Assembly (NCBI GenBank): GCA_964426385.1
Contig: CAYRQF010000005.1
Span: 11,738 to 75,737 of the forward strand
DNA length: 64,000 bases
Direction of reading: 5' to 3'
Source of the DNA: an uncultured Candidatus Saccharibacteria bacterium
Lineage (GTDB): Bacteria > Patescibacteriota > Minisyncoccia > Phycocordibacterales > CSBR16-119
Both the position numbers and the translations under genes were made by a program. This document shows, in pieces, positions 8,552-17,790 of the stretch. Positions within the stretch are counted from its first letter, which is position 1. Each line of letters begins with the position of its first letter. Below the pieces are notes generated by a model, which was not told the origin of the DNA, did no database searches, and was given only the letters and a program-made list of their open reading frames with translations.

Positions 8552-10512
8552 AAATAATTCCAAAAACAAAGATAGATTTCGCTTGGGTGAAGTTTGGTCC
8601 AAAGCAGATAGAGGTCGCAGCGGATAAAGTTATCAGCGAGGTTAGAGCTAACCTCAAAGCGATCAAAAGTATTCCAAAAGAAAAAAGGACTTTTGAAAAC
8701 ACTGTTTTTTCTATGGACAGACTTAATACTGACGGTGAGGATAATTACATTGCATTTATTCAGCATGTGAGTACTGACCCACTGGCACGAGAGGCATCAC
8801 GCAACGCGGAGGAAAAGATTTCAAAAGAAATGATAGATGCTTTTTTTGATGCCGACCTATATAAAGCAATACTGGAATACGATCCTAAAAGTGAAAAATT
8901 ATCTCCATCAGAAAGAAGATTTCTTGATGATATGGTGTTGTCGTTCAAAAGACAAGGACTTGATTTGCCCAAGAAGCAACAGGAGGAGGTAAAGACGATA
9001 AGGAAGCAACTGGTAGAGCTGTCTATAAAATTCAATTCAAACATTGCCAATTACCAGGACTCAGTATTGTGTACCAAAGAGGAGCTGCTAGGTTTGTCAG
9101 ACGCATATATTGCCAATCTTTCGGTTGACGAGAAGACGAAAAAATATATCGTCACATTAGCCTATCCTGAGCTTAAGCCTTTTATGAAGTTCGCTGAGAG
9201 TGACGAAAAACGTCAGGAGCTTGCCGATAAGTCCGTTCAGAAAGGAGGAATGGAAAATATTCTAATACTGAAGAAATTACTGAAGCTTCGAAATAAGCTG
9301 GCTAAAAAACTAGGTTATGAAAACTACGTAGCCTATGTTGTAGAAGATGAGCTTGCTGAGAAACATGAGAATGTTAGGAGCTTTCTGACGAACACAATTG
9401 ACGGTTTGTTGCCAAGGGCTAAAAAAGATTTTCAAACATTATCAAAATTCGCCCAAGAGAATTTGCCACACAAAAAGCTAACATATTACAGTAGCGGATA
9501 TATTGCCAATAAGTTGGAGCAGAAATTATTTGGATTCGATCAGAACAAGATTAAAGAATATTTCGAGCTATCTCGGGTGATGAACGAAATGTTTTCCATA
9601 TTTGGCAAACTCTTTGGTGTGAAATTCAGAGAGAATAAGGTTCTGCCAAAATGGCACCCCGATGTGGTGATATTTGACCTGGTAGAGAAGGGGCACACTG
9701 TAGGACATGTTCTCTTCGATATGTATCCTAGAAAGGATAAATTTTCTCACATGGCTTGCTGGGGACTAATGAAGGGTCAGACCCGAGGTTTTCGTAGCTC
9801 GGAATATCTAGCTCCTGTTAGCATTATTGTTGGGAATTTTCCAAAAGGGAATAAAAAATCACCATCGCTTTTGTCTATTGATGAAGTGGAAACGCTCTTC
9901 CATGAATTCGGACATGCGATGCACGGGACTCTTTCTCGTGCAGAAATCAGTTCCCAGTCTGGCACATCTGTAGCTTTTGATTTTGTCGAGACACCTTCAC
10001 AACTTTTTGAGAATTGGGTACGGGATAAGAATACATTGAAAAGAATTTCTAGGCATTATAAAACCGGTAAACAATTAGACAGAAAGACAGTTGATCAGAT
10101 AATTGCCTCGTTTAATTTTATGAAGGCGAGAGAGTTTTTGAGAGTATTTACTATGTCTCTTCAAGATTATGAGATGCACTCAACACGTTTTGAAACGGAC
10201 CCGCTTAAGCTGGATAGAGAGTTCCATGATAGGTATTTCTCTTTACCACAGTCCCCGAAGTCTCTCTTTCCGGCAAGTTGGGGACATATGACTGATTATG
10301 CCGCTAGGTATTATTCCTATATGTGGGCAATAGTTTACGCTTACGACATTTTCTCGAGATTTAAGATTGATGGAGTAATGAACAAGAAAGCCGGTATGGA
10401 GCTCCGTAGCATGATTCTCGAGAAAGGGGACACAGAAAAGGCGATGAAGCTAGTTGCCGATTTTCTTGGTAGAAAACCTAACAATAAGGCGTTTTTGGAA
10501 GCTCTCAAATAG
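8548..10512 (+). CDS. M3-family oligoendopeptidase (thimet/oligopeptidase F-like)
   Basis: HEFGHAMHG zinc-binding motif at about aa 453; 654 aa. Confidence 0.8.
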   Translation: MKIIPKTKIDFAWVKFGPKQIEVAADKVISEVRANLKAIKSIPKEKRTFENTVFSMDRLNTDGEDNYIAFIQHVSTDPLAREASRNAEEKISKEMIDAFFDADLYKAILEYDPKSEKLSPSERRFLDDMVLSFKRQGLDLPKKQQEEVKTIRKQLVELSIKFNSNIANYQDSVLCTKEELLGLSDAYIANLSVDEKTKKYIVTLAYPELKPFMKFAESDEKRQELADKSVQKGGMENILILKKLLKLRNKLAKKLGYENYVAYVVEDELAEKHENVRSFLTNTIDGLLPRAKKDFQTLSKFAQENLPHKKLTYYSSGYIANKLEQKLFGFDQNKIKEYFELSRVMNEMFSIFGKLFGVKFRENKVLPKWHPDVVIFDLVEKGHTVGHVLFDMYPRKDKFSHMACWGLMKGQTRGFRSSEYLAPVSIIVGNFPKGNKKSPSLLSIDEVETLFHEFGHAMHGTLSRAEISSQSGTSVAFDFVETPSQLFENWVRDKNTLKRISRHYKTGKQLDRKTVDQIIASFNFMKAREFLRVFTMSLQDYEMHSTRFETDPLKLDREFHDRYFSLPQSPKSLFPASWGHMTDYAARYYSYMWAIVYAYDIFSRFKIDGVMNKKAGMELRSMILEKGDTEKAMKLVADFLGRKPNNKAFLEALK

Positions 10513-10527
10513 TGCTATCCTTGAGGT

Positions 10528-13512
10528 ATGGCAAATAGCTTCGAGACTGAGTATAAAAGGCTAAATAAGGCCCAAAAAGAGGCCGTGGACACTATAGAGG
10601 GCCCGGTTATGGTTGTCGCAGGTCCTGGGACCGGCAAGACTCAGATATTGGCCCTGCGTATCGCCAATATCCTAGAGAAAACGGACACTCAAGCTGATGG
10701 CATACTTTGCCTTACTTTCACCAACTCTGGCGTCTACGCTATGCGTGAACGTTTGCGCAAATACATCGGCAGTTCCGCGTCTCGTATCCAGATATCAACT
10801 TTCCACGCCTTCGCGGTGAAACTCATCGAAGAGCATTTCGAAACTCTCGGCTATGTTGAGAAGCCGACACTTATCGACGACCTACAAGGTGTGGCACTTG
10901 CGGACGCTATACTCGCCGAGAATCATTTTGAGCATCTGACGAGTCGTAACAACAAGTCGCAATATTTCAAAGACATAAAGTCTCTCGTCTCACTACTGAA
11001 ACGTGAAAAACTTTCACCGGATGATTTTTCCGAAGAGATTAAAAAAGAAATAAGAGATATAAAAAACGATGAGAGTAACATCTCAACTCGTGGTGAGTCC
11101 AAGGGTAGTCTAAAGCAAGAAGCACTGAAGCGTATCGAGGGACTAGAGCGCACGGAGGAGGTGGTGAAATTCTATGCATTGTATGAGCTTCTGAAAAAAG
11201 CCAAAGGCTTCCTAGACTTTGATGATGTGTTGGAAGAATTGGTCAGGCTGGTGAAAATCTCTGATGACGTCCGAGATACTATACGTGAGCAGTACCTCTA
11301 TGTTCTCGTAGATGAGCATCAGGATTCTTCTGGCGTTCAGAATGAATTCCTCTCGCATGTCTGGGGTGATGTTGAATCTCCAAATATCTTCGTCGTTGGC
11401 GATGATCGTCAGCTCATCTACGGTTTCGGGGGAGCAAGTTTGTCATATTTCGAAGGGTTCAAAGAAAAATTTGGAAAAGTTAAATTGGTTACTCTTACAG
11501 AAAATTACCGTTCGACGCAGAAAATTCTCGACATCGCTGATGCACTTTTGAAATCGAGTCTGGCCGAAGCGAAATTACTCGCCAATACTGGGGACGCACA
11601 TGCGCTCCGTATCATCGAAGCCGAGTATCCTCGTGACGAGATACTTCGCGCAGGACTTGAGATAAAAAAGCATATTGATGCTGGCATGGATTCGAATGAA
11701 TGTGCGATATTGGTGCCGAAGAACAGGGAGGTTGAGAGTGCCATCCGGATCCTCTCTGATCTCGGGATTCCAGTCGCGTCTGGCGGATCTGCCAAGCTTT
11801 TTATAGACAGAGAGGCGCAGAGTTTCATGGGTGTACTGAGGGCATTGGCAAATCCCGAGGCGCCGGAACTTATAGCTCCATTACTCCTATCTCCCATATC
11901 TGGCATTGATCCTTTGGCGGTCCACAGGTTCTTGAGAGAGCACGAAGCCAGAAAGCTTACCCTCACAAAGCTTCTCAGCGTCAAAGAAAGCCTGGGGTTA
12001 TACCCCGAAGACGACGCTGTGCCAGAGTTCGCTAAACTTTTGGCTACGTTTGTGGCATCTGCATCACAGGGCGAAATATATGCTCTCATCCAAAAAGTCG
12101 GCGAGGAACTTCTGATCAAGCCATCCAAAGATCACGAAACGCTTACGAGAAGGGTCGAGATAATCCGAACGCTTCTACATCTAGCGCTATCAGAAACAGA
12201 ACGTAATCCGAAAATCACTCTCACAAACTTTCTCACCTTCATCGACCGACTGGAGGAGTACGGCACAGATATCCCACTTGCTACATTTGAGTCAGACAGG
12301 GGTGTTAAAGTCATGACACTCCATAGTTCCAAAGGCCTCGAGTTCGAGTGCGTCTATATATGCCACTTGGACGAGAAGAATCTACTCGGTAAGCGTGCGA
12401 GCGCTTTTACTCTGCCAGAGCGGGTCAAAGAGATGGAGCACAAGAAAGGAGAAGAGGAGGTAAAGCGAGAACTCTATGTCGCTATCACTCGCGCCAAGAA
12501 ACATTGCACGCTGATGTATGCGCGGAGTGCATATAATGGCGCAACACTTGAGCAGGCTCACATAATAGCCGACCTTCCGACAGAATTATTCGAACACGTT
12601 AATGCTGAGGATAATGAGCAGTTCATCATGTCTCACGGCATAGACACTTTTGTGAAATCTGGCGTTTCTCCGTATGACCCCGTAACGACGGGCAAACTCG
12701 CCGATATGCTACGTGATGAATACTTCAAGAGAAAACTGTCAGTTACACACTTGAACAACTTCTTTGAGTGTCCATGGAAATGGTATTTCCGTAATTTTCT
12801 CCAGCTACCTGAGCCACAGGCGATGAGTCTCGAGTTCGGCAATCTCGTGCACGGAGTTCTGGAGAAAATCCTGAAGAATAAGCTTGATACCGACAAGAAA
12901 AGTATTGCTCTCGCTATCAGCGATAAAGCTGAAAAACTCTGCGGGTTCTCTGACACAGATATCGCTAGGATGAAGCGTGAGGCAGAAGAGATAATTCGTG
13001 AGTGGGTAGAAAATAGACTGCCGTCAGTTCTCTCAGAACACGAGAGTGAGAAGTCCCTGTCATGTCGCGATCCGGAGTTCGACCATCTTCTCATCAACGG
13101 CAAGATAGATCTCGTCGAGAAGATCGAGGATGGGATTGTTCGTGTGACAGACTTCAAGACTGGTGGAGTCAAGAAAAAGAGTGAAATCGAAAAAGAAACT
13201 GACGAAGGCCGGATGTCCGACTATCATCGACAACTTGCCATGTATACGTATCTCATCGAACGAACGACCGACGGCAATACTAGTGTGGCTGAGTCTCAGC
13301 TCGAGTTCCTGGAGGGTGCGGGTCAGAAAGATTCGATATATAGAACGGAGATAGGGAGCGATGAGGTCAAAAGTTTGATAAAAGATATAAATGATTTTGA
13401 TCAGTCTCTCGCCTCGGGCGAGTGGGTTGATAGACCGTGCCGATTCAAGCCATGGAAGTCAGGGGATGAGTGTGAGTATTGTAAGCTGGCCGAGATTTAC
13501 ACCCACACCTAG
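10528..13512 (+). CDS. UvrD/PcrA-family helicase fused to a C-terminal Cas4/RecB-like PD-(D/E)xK nuclease with a 4-Cys cluster
   Basis: N-terminal AGPGTGKTQIL Walker A and UvrD motifs. C-terminal ECPWKWYF … IDLVEKIEDG…VTDFKTG … YHRQLAMYTY … CRFKPWKSGDECEYC (Fe-S nuclease signature). Confidence 0.8.
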   Translation: MANSFETEYKRLNKAQKEAVDTIEGPVMVVAGPGTGKTQILALRIANILEKTDTQADGILCLTFTNSGVYAMRERLRKYIGSSASRIQISTFHAFAVKLIEEHFETLGYVEKPTLIDDLQGVALADAILAENHFEHLTSRNNKSQYFKDIKSLVSLLKREKLSPDDFSEEIKKEIRDIKNDESNISTRGESKGSLKQEALKRIEGLERTEEVVKFYALYELLKKAKGFLDFDDVLEELVRLVKISDDVRDTIREQYLYVLVDEHQDSSGVQNEFLSHVWGDVESPNIFVVGDDRQLIYGFGGASLSYFEGFKEKFGKVKLVTLTENYRSTQKILDIADALLKSSLAEAKLLANTGDAHALRIIEAEYPRDEILRAGLEIKKHIDAGMDSNECAILVPKNREVESAIRILSDLGIPVASGGSAKLFIDREAQSFMGVLRALANPEAPELIAPLLLSPISGIDPLAVHRFLREHEARKLTLTKLLSVKESLGLYPEDDAVPEFAKLLATFVASASQGEIYALIQKVGEELLIKPSKDHETLTRRVEIIRTLLHLALSETERNPKITLTNFLTFIDRLEEYGTDIPLATFESDRGVKVMTLHSSKGLEFECVYICHLDEKNLLGKRASAFTLPERVKEMEHKKGEEEVKRELYVAITRAKKHCTLMYARSAYNGATLEQAHIIADLPTELFEHVNAEDNEQFIMSHGIDTFVKSGVSPYDPVTTGKLADMLRDEYFKRKLSVTHLNNFFECPWKWYFRNFLQLPEPQAMSLEFGNLVHGVLEKILKNKLDTDKKSIALAISDKAEKLCGFSDTDIARMKREAEEIIREWVENRLPSVLSEHESEKSLSCRDPEFDHLLINGKIDLVEKIEDGIVRVTDFKTGGVKKKSEIEKETDEGRMSDYHRQLAMYTYLIERTTDGNTSVAESQLEFLEGAGQKDSIYRTEIGSDEVKSLIKDINDFDQSLASGEWVDRPCRFKPWKSGDECEYCKLAEIYTHT

Positions 13513-13568
13513 TTTTTGATGGTTCTGTGAACATGCGCCTTTGGCGCAATCAAAAACTAGGTGTGGGT
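13501..13568. repeat. Copy 1 of a 68-bp structured inverted-repeat element (20-bp perfect stem with a 28-nt loop holding two mini-hairpins)
   Basis: acccacacctagtttttgat … atcaaaaactaggtgtgggt. The loop contains gttc-tgt-gaac and tgcgcc-ttt-ggcgca. The first arm overlaps the helicase stop codon. A second copy lies at 39883-39949. Confidence 0.6.
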
Positions 13569-13592
13569 GTTTATAAGAAAAAGTAGAAAAAA

Positions 13593-13618
13593 GAAGGCCC
13601 CGGGATTCCGGGGCCTTC
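13593..13618. terminator. Bidirectional intrinsic terminator (gaaggccccgg-gatt-ccggggccttc)
   Basis: 11-bp perfect GC-rich stem between the convergent genes ending at 13512 and 13692. Confidence 0.6.
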
Positions 13619-13691
13619 TCTCATCGCTTTCGCGCAGTTCACTATCACCAAAACCAGATGAAGCACCTGGTACGTTCAATGAGTTTCTGGT

Positions 13692-14045
13692 TCAGAGCGA
13701 GGAGCTCAGTCCGTCTCCGCACTTTCTGGGTGCGAGGACGAAGTCGTGGAACTCGGTTCTGCCCGTGGTTACGTAGCTGCCGTCAGCCTGCTTCTTGCAG
13801 AGGTAGAACATACTGTTCTTGTAATGGAGGTAGAACTCCTCTGATGAGCAGGAAACGATGCAGCAGAACGTCTTGCCTTCCCGTTGCGGGAACACATCCC
13901 AATAGCTGGGGTAGAGATCAAGACTTCCGTCGGGGTTAACCGATCGTACCAAGGCGCAACCTTCAGGGGGTTGCATCCGCGCTTGTGCATTGACTGAAAT
14001 GCTCGTAAGCATCAGTACTGCGATGAGAGTTGTGATGAGCTTCAT
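13692..14045 (-). CDS. Small secreted Cys-rich protein (117 aa), hypothetical
   Basis: Signal peptide MKLITTLIAVLMLTSISVNAQA; 6 Cys; protein-like composition. The plus-strand overlaps look like antisense artefacts. Confidence 0.55.
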   Translation of the reverse strand: MKLITTLIAVLMLTSISVNAQARMQPPEGCALVRSVNPDGSLDLYPSYWDVFPQREGKTFCCIVSCSSEEFYLHYKNSMFYLCKKQADGSYVTTGRTEFHDFVLAPRKCGDGLSSSL

Positions 14046-14116
14046 GGCTTCTGGGGTTGGGTGGTTCTAACCTAAAAATACCATTTCGACATAGGAAGTC
14101 AACAGCAGAAAACCCC

Positions 14117-14419
14117 CTAATGGTGGTGGGGGTCTTCCTCGTGTGAGGGTATGGGTGCTGTGCTAGGCGGGTTCTTTTTGGCCTCTTTCTTGGCAAGCCA
14201 GATGATGTATTCCTGCTTGGCTCCTATCGCCCCCAAAACTAGTGCTGCTCCAGAAGCGAACGTGCAGAGCTGGTACAGCCAGCAGAGGTTCCAGGTATCC
14301 AGACTAAGGTTCAGGGTGTACATAACAATTGAAGCCAGTGTCAGGACTGCACCCGCCATCCAATTGTCTGCAGCTATTTCTTTGGTGTTCTTGGCCATGA
14401 ATTCCGGGGTTTTTATCAT
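14117..14419 (-). CDS. Small membrane protein (100 aa), hypothetical
   Basis: Two hydrophobic helices (WMAGAVLTLASIVMYTL; LCTFASGAALVLGAIGA). Divergent from trhO. Confidence 0.5.
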   Translation of the reverse strand: MIKTPEFMAKNTKEIAADNWMAGAVLTLASIVMYTLNLSLDTWNLCWLYQLCTFASGAALVLGAIGAKQEYIIWLAKKEAKKNPPSTAPIPSHEEDPHHH

Positions 14420-14492
14420 CCTAGTCTTTAATATGGATTAGGTCAAATGAGATTATCTTGTCCTTATTCCAGATTTTGCTAATATCTCTAGT

Positions 14493-15530
14493 ATGAATCT
14501 CAAGGCTAATCTCAAGTCAAAAGAGGAGCTTCTGGCAGACCTCGCCAAGGAGGATTTTCGACGTCGGACCCTCTCTTTCTATAAATACGTCAAAATTGCC
14601 GACCCTCGTGCTAAGCGTGATTTCTTGTTCGAGAAGTTCCGTGAGCTTGGATGCCTCGGCCGGATATATGTCGCCAGCGAGGGGATCAATGCGCAGATGA
14701 ATGTGCCTGAGCATAACTTTCAAAAGTTTGATCATTTCATCCAGAGTCTCCCAGAATTCGCTGGTGTACCTTATAAACTCGCTGTTGAGGAGAAAGGTAT
14801 GTCGAGCTTCCTAAAACTCATCATCAAAGTCAGACCAAAGATTGTGGCCGACGGACTCGATGACTCTACCTTTGATCCAGCCAACACTGGCGAGTATGCG
14901 ACCGCTGAACAAGTAAACGACATGATTGACCGTGGTGTCACAGTTATAGATATGCGTAACCTCTACGAGGCAGAGATAGGACATTTCGAAAATGCGAAAA
15001 TCATGGCAGTAGACACTTTCCGTGAACAGCTCGCGAAAGTCCACGAGATGTTTCGTGACGAGAAAGACGAGGAAGTTTTGCTCTACTGTACAGGTGGGAT
15101 CAGGTGCGAGAAGGCGAGTGCCTGGATGAAGCATCAAGGTTTCAAGAATGTTAAACATGTCAAAGGTGGCGTTATCGACTATGCTCACCAGGTCAAAGAA
15201 AAGGGCCTCGTTAACAAATTCCGTGGCAAGAATTTCGTTTTCGACGAGCGCTTAGGCGAGCGTGTTGGGGATGAGATAATATCTGACTGCCAGCTATGCT
15301 ACAAGGAAAAGTCTGACGACTATCATCATTGCCGAAATATGTTTTGTCATATGCTTTTCCTCGGTTGCGGTAATTGTATGAAAAAGCTCGATGGCTACTG
15401 TTCACGTACATGCCAGATACTCGACAAGATGCCTCTAGCTATCAATCATTTCTTCATACGTGCGGATAGGCAGAAACACGAGAAGCAGTACAAGAAGAAT
15501 TACAAGAGATCAAAGGCGAACATGCTTTAA
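14493..15530 (+). CDS. trhO: tRNA uridine(34) hydroxylase TrhO (rhodanese-domain protein, YceA/UPF0176 family)
   Basis: Rhodanese active-site loop YCTGGIRCEKA and the conserved N-terminal UPF0176 region; C-terminal Cys-rich tail. Confidence 0.8.
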   Translation: MNLKANLKSKEELLADLAKEDFRRRTLSFYKYVKIADPRAKRDFLFEKFRELGCLGRIYVASEGINAQMNVPEHNFQKFDHFIQSLPEFAGVPYKLAVEEKGMSSFLKLIIKVRPKIVADGLDDSTFDPANTGEYATAEQVNDMIDRGVTVIDMRNLYEAEIGHFENAKIMAVDTFREQLAKVHEMFRDEKDEEVLLYCTGGIRCEKASAWMKHQGFKNVKHVKGGVIDYAHQVKEKGLVNKFRGKNFVFDERLGERVGDEIISDCQLCYKEKSDDYHHCRNMFCHMLFLGCGNCMKKLDGYCSRTCQILDKMPLAINHFFIRADRQKHEKQYKKNYKRSKANML

Positions 15531-15560
15531 AATAGTCAGAGTAACTGATATATTAAACCA

Positions 15561-16694
15561 ATGGAAATCCGCATAAATACCGACGAACAGGATAGACTCC
15601 TCAAGGAGCTAGATTCTAGGACCGATGCCGAGGCGCTCCGCATGAAGCGCTATTTGGCCATGCCGGACCTTTCGCGCACACCCGGAAGCCCACTTCAAGA
15701 AATATTTGAGAGAGTGAAGAACGTGCCATCGCTTGCTGGACTCGATGTTATTGAGGTCCCAGAAATCGTACCTGTTGATATCGCGTTCGATCTCTTTGAC
15801 TTTCCAGCTGATCACGTGGCGCGCTCTACTTCAGACACTTACTATGCGGATGAAAAAAATATTCTTCGTACACAAAATACTGTTTCTTGGTACTACTATT
15901 TCAACGACCCTGAGATAAAGGCACGCGCTCTGCGCGGAGAACATCTCGGTGCATTATGCGCCGGAAAAGTTTACAGAAAGGATGAGATAGATCGTCGTCA
16001 CATGAATGTCTTTCATCAGATTGATGGTTGGAAACTGATCCCTAATACAGAAGGAAAGATACCACTTGATGAATTGAAACGAGTGCTTTCAGAAATTGTC
16101 GAAACAGTTTTTGGAAAAGATACAGAATATAGATTCCTCGACGATACTTTCCCGTACACTGACCCATCTACGCAAATAGAGGCTATGGTGAATGGACAGT
16201 GGGTAGAGCTCCTCGGAGCGGGTATGGTGAAGCCTAGCGTACTCGAGAAGATGGGTATCACTGGTTATAACGGCTGGGCATTCGGGTTCGGTATTGAGCG
16301 TCTAGCGATACTTTCTATGGAGCTCCCCGACATACGCTTACTCTGGAGTAATGATGAGCGTGTGAAGAAACAGCTCGTTCTCGGTCAGAAGTTCAAGGAG
16401 GTCAGTAAATTCCCAGCAGTCATACGCGATATTTCTTTTGTCGTCGATTCTGCAACTTATCAGCCGAACGTCTACTTCGATCTCGTTCGTGACGTCGTCG
16501 GTGACATGGCTGAAGAGATGGCTCTGGTAGATGAATACGAAAATGCCGCCAAATTCGGCGAAGGGAAGAAGAGTTATGCCTATCGTGTCACATATCGTTC
16601 TCTAGATCGCACCCTGACGGATGCGGAAGTAAACGATCTACATAAAAAACTCGAAGAAGAGACAAAAAAAGCATATAACGCAGTCGTTCGATAA
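15561..16694 (+). CDS. pheS: Monomeric mitochondrial-type phenylalanine--tRNA ligase (PheS catalytic core plus C-terminal FDX-ACB anticodon-binding domain)
   Basis: Class II motifs FPYTDPSTQ… and GWAFGFGIERLAILSMELPDIRLLW. The C-terminal FPAVIRDISFVV…YFDLVRDVVGDMAEEMALVDEY…YRVTYRSLDRTLTDAEVN is FARS2-like FDX-ACB. Confidence 0.8.
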   Translation: MEIRINTDEQDRLLKELDSRTDAEALRMKRYLAMPDLSRTPGSPLQEIFERVKNVPSLAGLDVIEVPEIVPVDIAFDLFDFPADHVARSTSDTYYADEKNILRTQNTVSWYYYFNDPEIKARALRGEHLGALCAGKVYRKDEIDRRHMNVFHQIDGWKLIPNTEGKIPLDELKRVLSEIVETVFGKDTEYRFLDDTFPYTDPSTQIEAMVNGQWVELLGAGMVKPSVLEKMGITGYNGWAFGFGIERLAILSMELPDIRLLWSNDERVKKQLVLGQKFKEVSKFPAVIRDISFVVDSATYQPNVYFDLVRDVVGDMAEEMALVDEYENAAKFGEGKKSYAYRVTYRSLDRTLTDAEVNDLHKKLEEETKKAYNAVVR

Positions 16695-16751
16695 TTTGGT
16701 GTAATTGGGGAAAATTCCTAAAAACGCCATAAAATAAGACTGTTCTGGGGG

Positions 16752-16791
16752 CGTAAAACCCTTGCTTTTTCTGTACTTTCATGGTATATTG
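16752..16791 (+). promoter_or_regulatory. Sigma70-like promoter (TTGCTT-17-TATATT) preceded by CGTAAAACC
   Basis: -35 at 16763-16768, -10 at 16786-16791. The same cccttgcttttt…ggtata architecture sits upstream of the gene at 30957. Confidence 0.45.
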
Positions 16792-16829
16792 ATAGAAGAA
16801 ACCACCAACTCACGAAACACCCCTTCACC

Positions 16830-17717
16830 ATGAAGCTCTTCACAATCTACGTCACTTTGGCGACTCTGTGCTTAGGCATGGTGTCTGCAGATTCTTACGC
16901 TCAGGACTCTGAGCCCCAAGTCGAGATCGTCACCTATGATCTCGATGGGGGCAACCTGAACGCCACGAACTACAACTCGGAGTTCTTCAACCCAGAACCC
17001 CTACACTCACACAACGTTCTCATGGAACCTATCGTGTCCCATGGCCTCGACGGAGTGTTTTCGAACGGATGGGAAGAGGGACAGGAGTTGGACACCACGC
17101 AATACCTGCACCTGCGAGTGAATATCAACCCTGGATATGTCTACCACCTCGACAGCATCACCTTCACTGGAACTGGTACTTCATGGTACGGTCCGATCGT
17201 TGGCGGTGTCGTCGTATACGATGCTGACACTCTGTCTGGATCCACTGCGGGTTGGCAGATATGCGACAGTGTTCTGTATTGTGTGTCTTCCATGTGGTAC
17301 ATGATGCCGTATCCATACGACACTTTGGTGAACTGGTGGCAGATCAACAGCAGCACGCATTTGGACATCCGTCTGTTCGCATGGGGTAACATCCCCGATA
17401 CTCTCGGAAACCCGATGGCGTCGACCGGATGGATCGTTGATCACATCCAGTTCCATGGGAAGATCCTCCCCGACATGTCGACCGATGTTCTGCCAATCGC
17501 TACTGACGTCCTACAGCCTATACGGTTCGACGGATATCAGTTCGTCTCGAGCGAGCTCGGACAGATCATCGTTTACGATGCTGGAGGCAAAGTGAAAGCT
17601 GCAGATTCCCAAGGACGACCAATCGATACGACGGGTTGGACCGATGGGGTCTATATCGCTGAGTTCATCTCGGTCAAGCAGCAACGGTACACCAAGAGGT
17701 ATCTGGTCACACACTGA
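16830..17717 (+). CDS. Secreted hypothetical protein (295 aa)
   Basis: Signal peptide MKLFTIYVTLATLCLGMVSADSYAQ. Lies immediately upstream of the giant NHL protein. Confidence 0.65.
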   Translation: MKLFTIYVTLATLCLGMVSADSYAQDSEPQVEIVTYDLDGGNLNATNYNSEFFNPEPLHSHNVLMEPIVSHGLDGVFSNGWEEGQELDTTQYLHLRVNINPGYVYHLDSITFTGTGTSWYGPIVGGVVVYDADTLSGSTAGWQICDSVLYCVSSMWYMMPYPYDTLVNWWQINSSTHLDIRLFAWGNIPDTLGNPMASTGWIVDHIQFHGKILPDMSTDVLPIATDVLQPIRFDGYQFVSSELGQIIVYDAGGKVKAADSQGRPIDTTGWTDGVYIAEFISVKQQRYTKRYLVTH

Positions 17718-17790
17718 TCCGACCCTCGAAAAATAAGGCCTTTTCCCCCACGGGACGAGGCCTTTTTCGTGCTAAAATTATGAGGTACAA

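Noticed and set aside
13163-13354. Small ORFs inside the 3' part of the helicase-nuclease gene (e.g. 13163..13354 +, 12633..13172 -)
   Set aside because: They overlap a well-supported conserved nuclease domain in another frame or strand.
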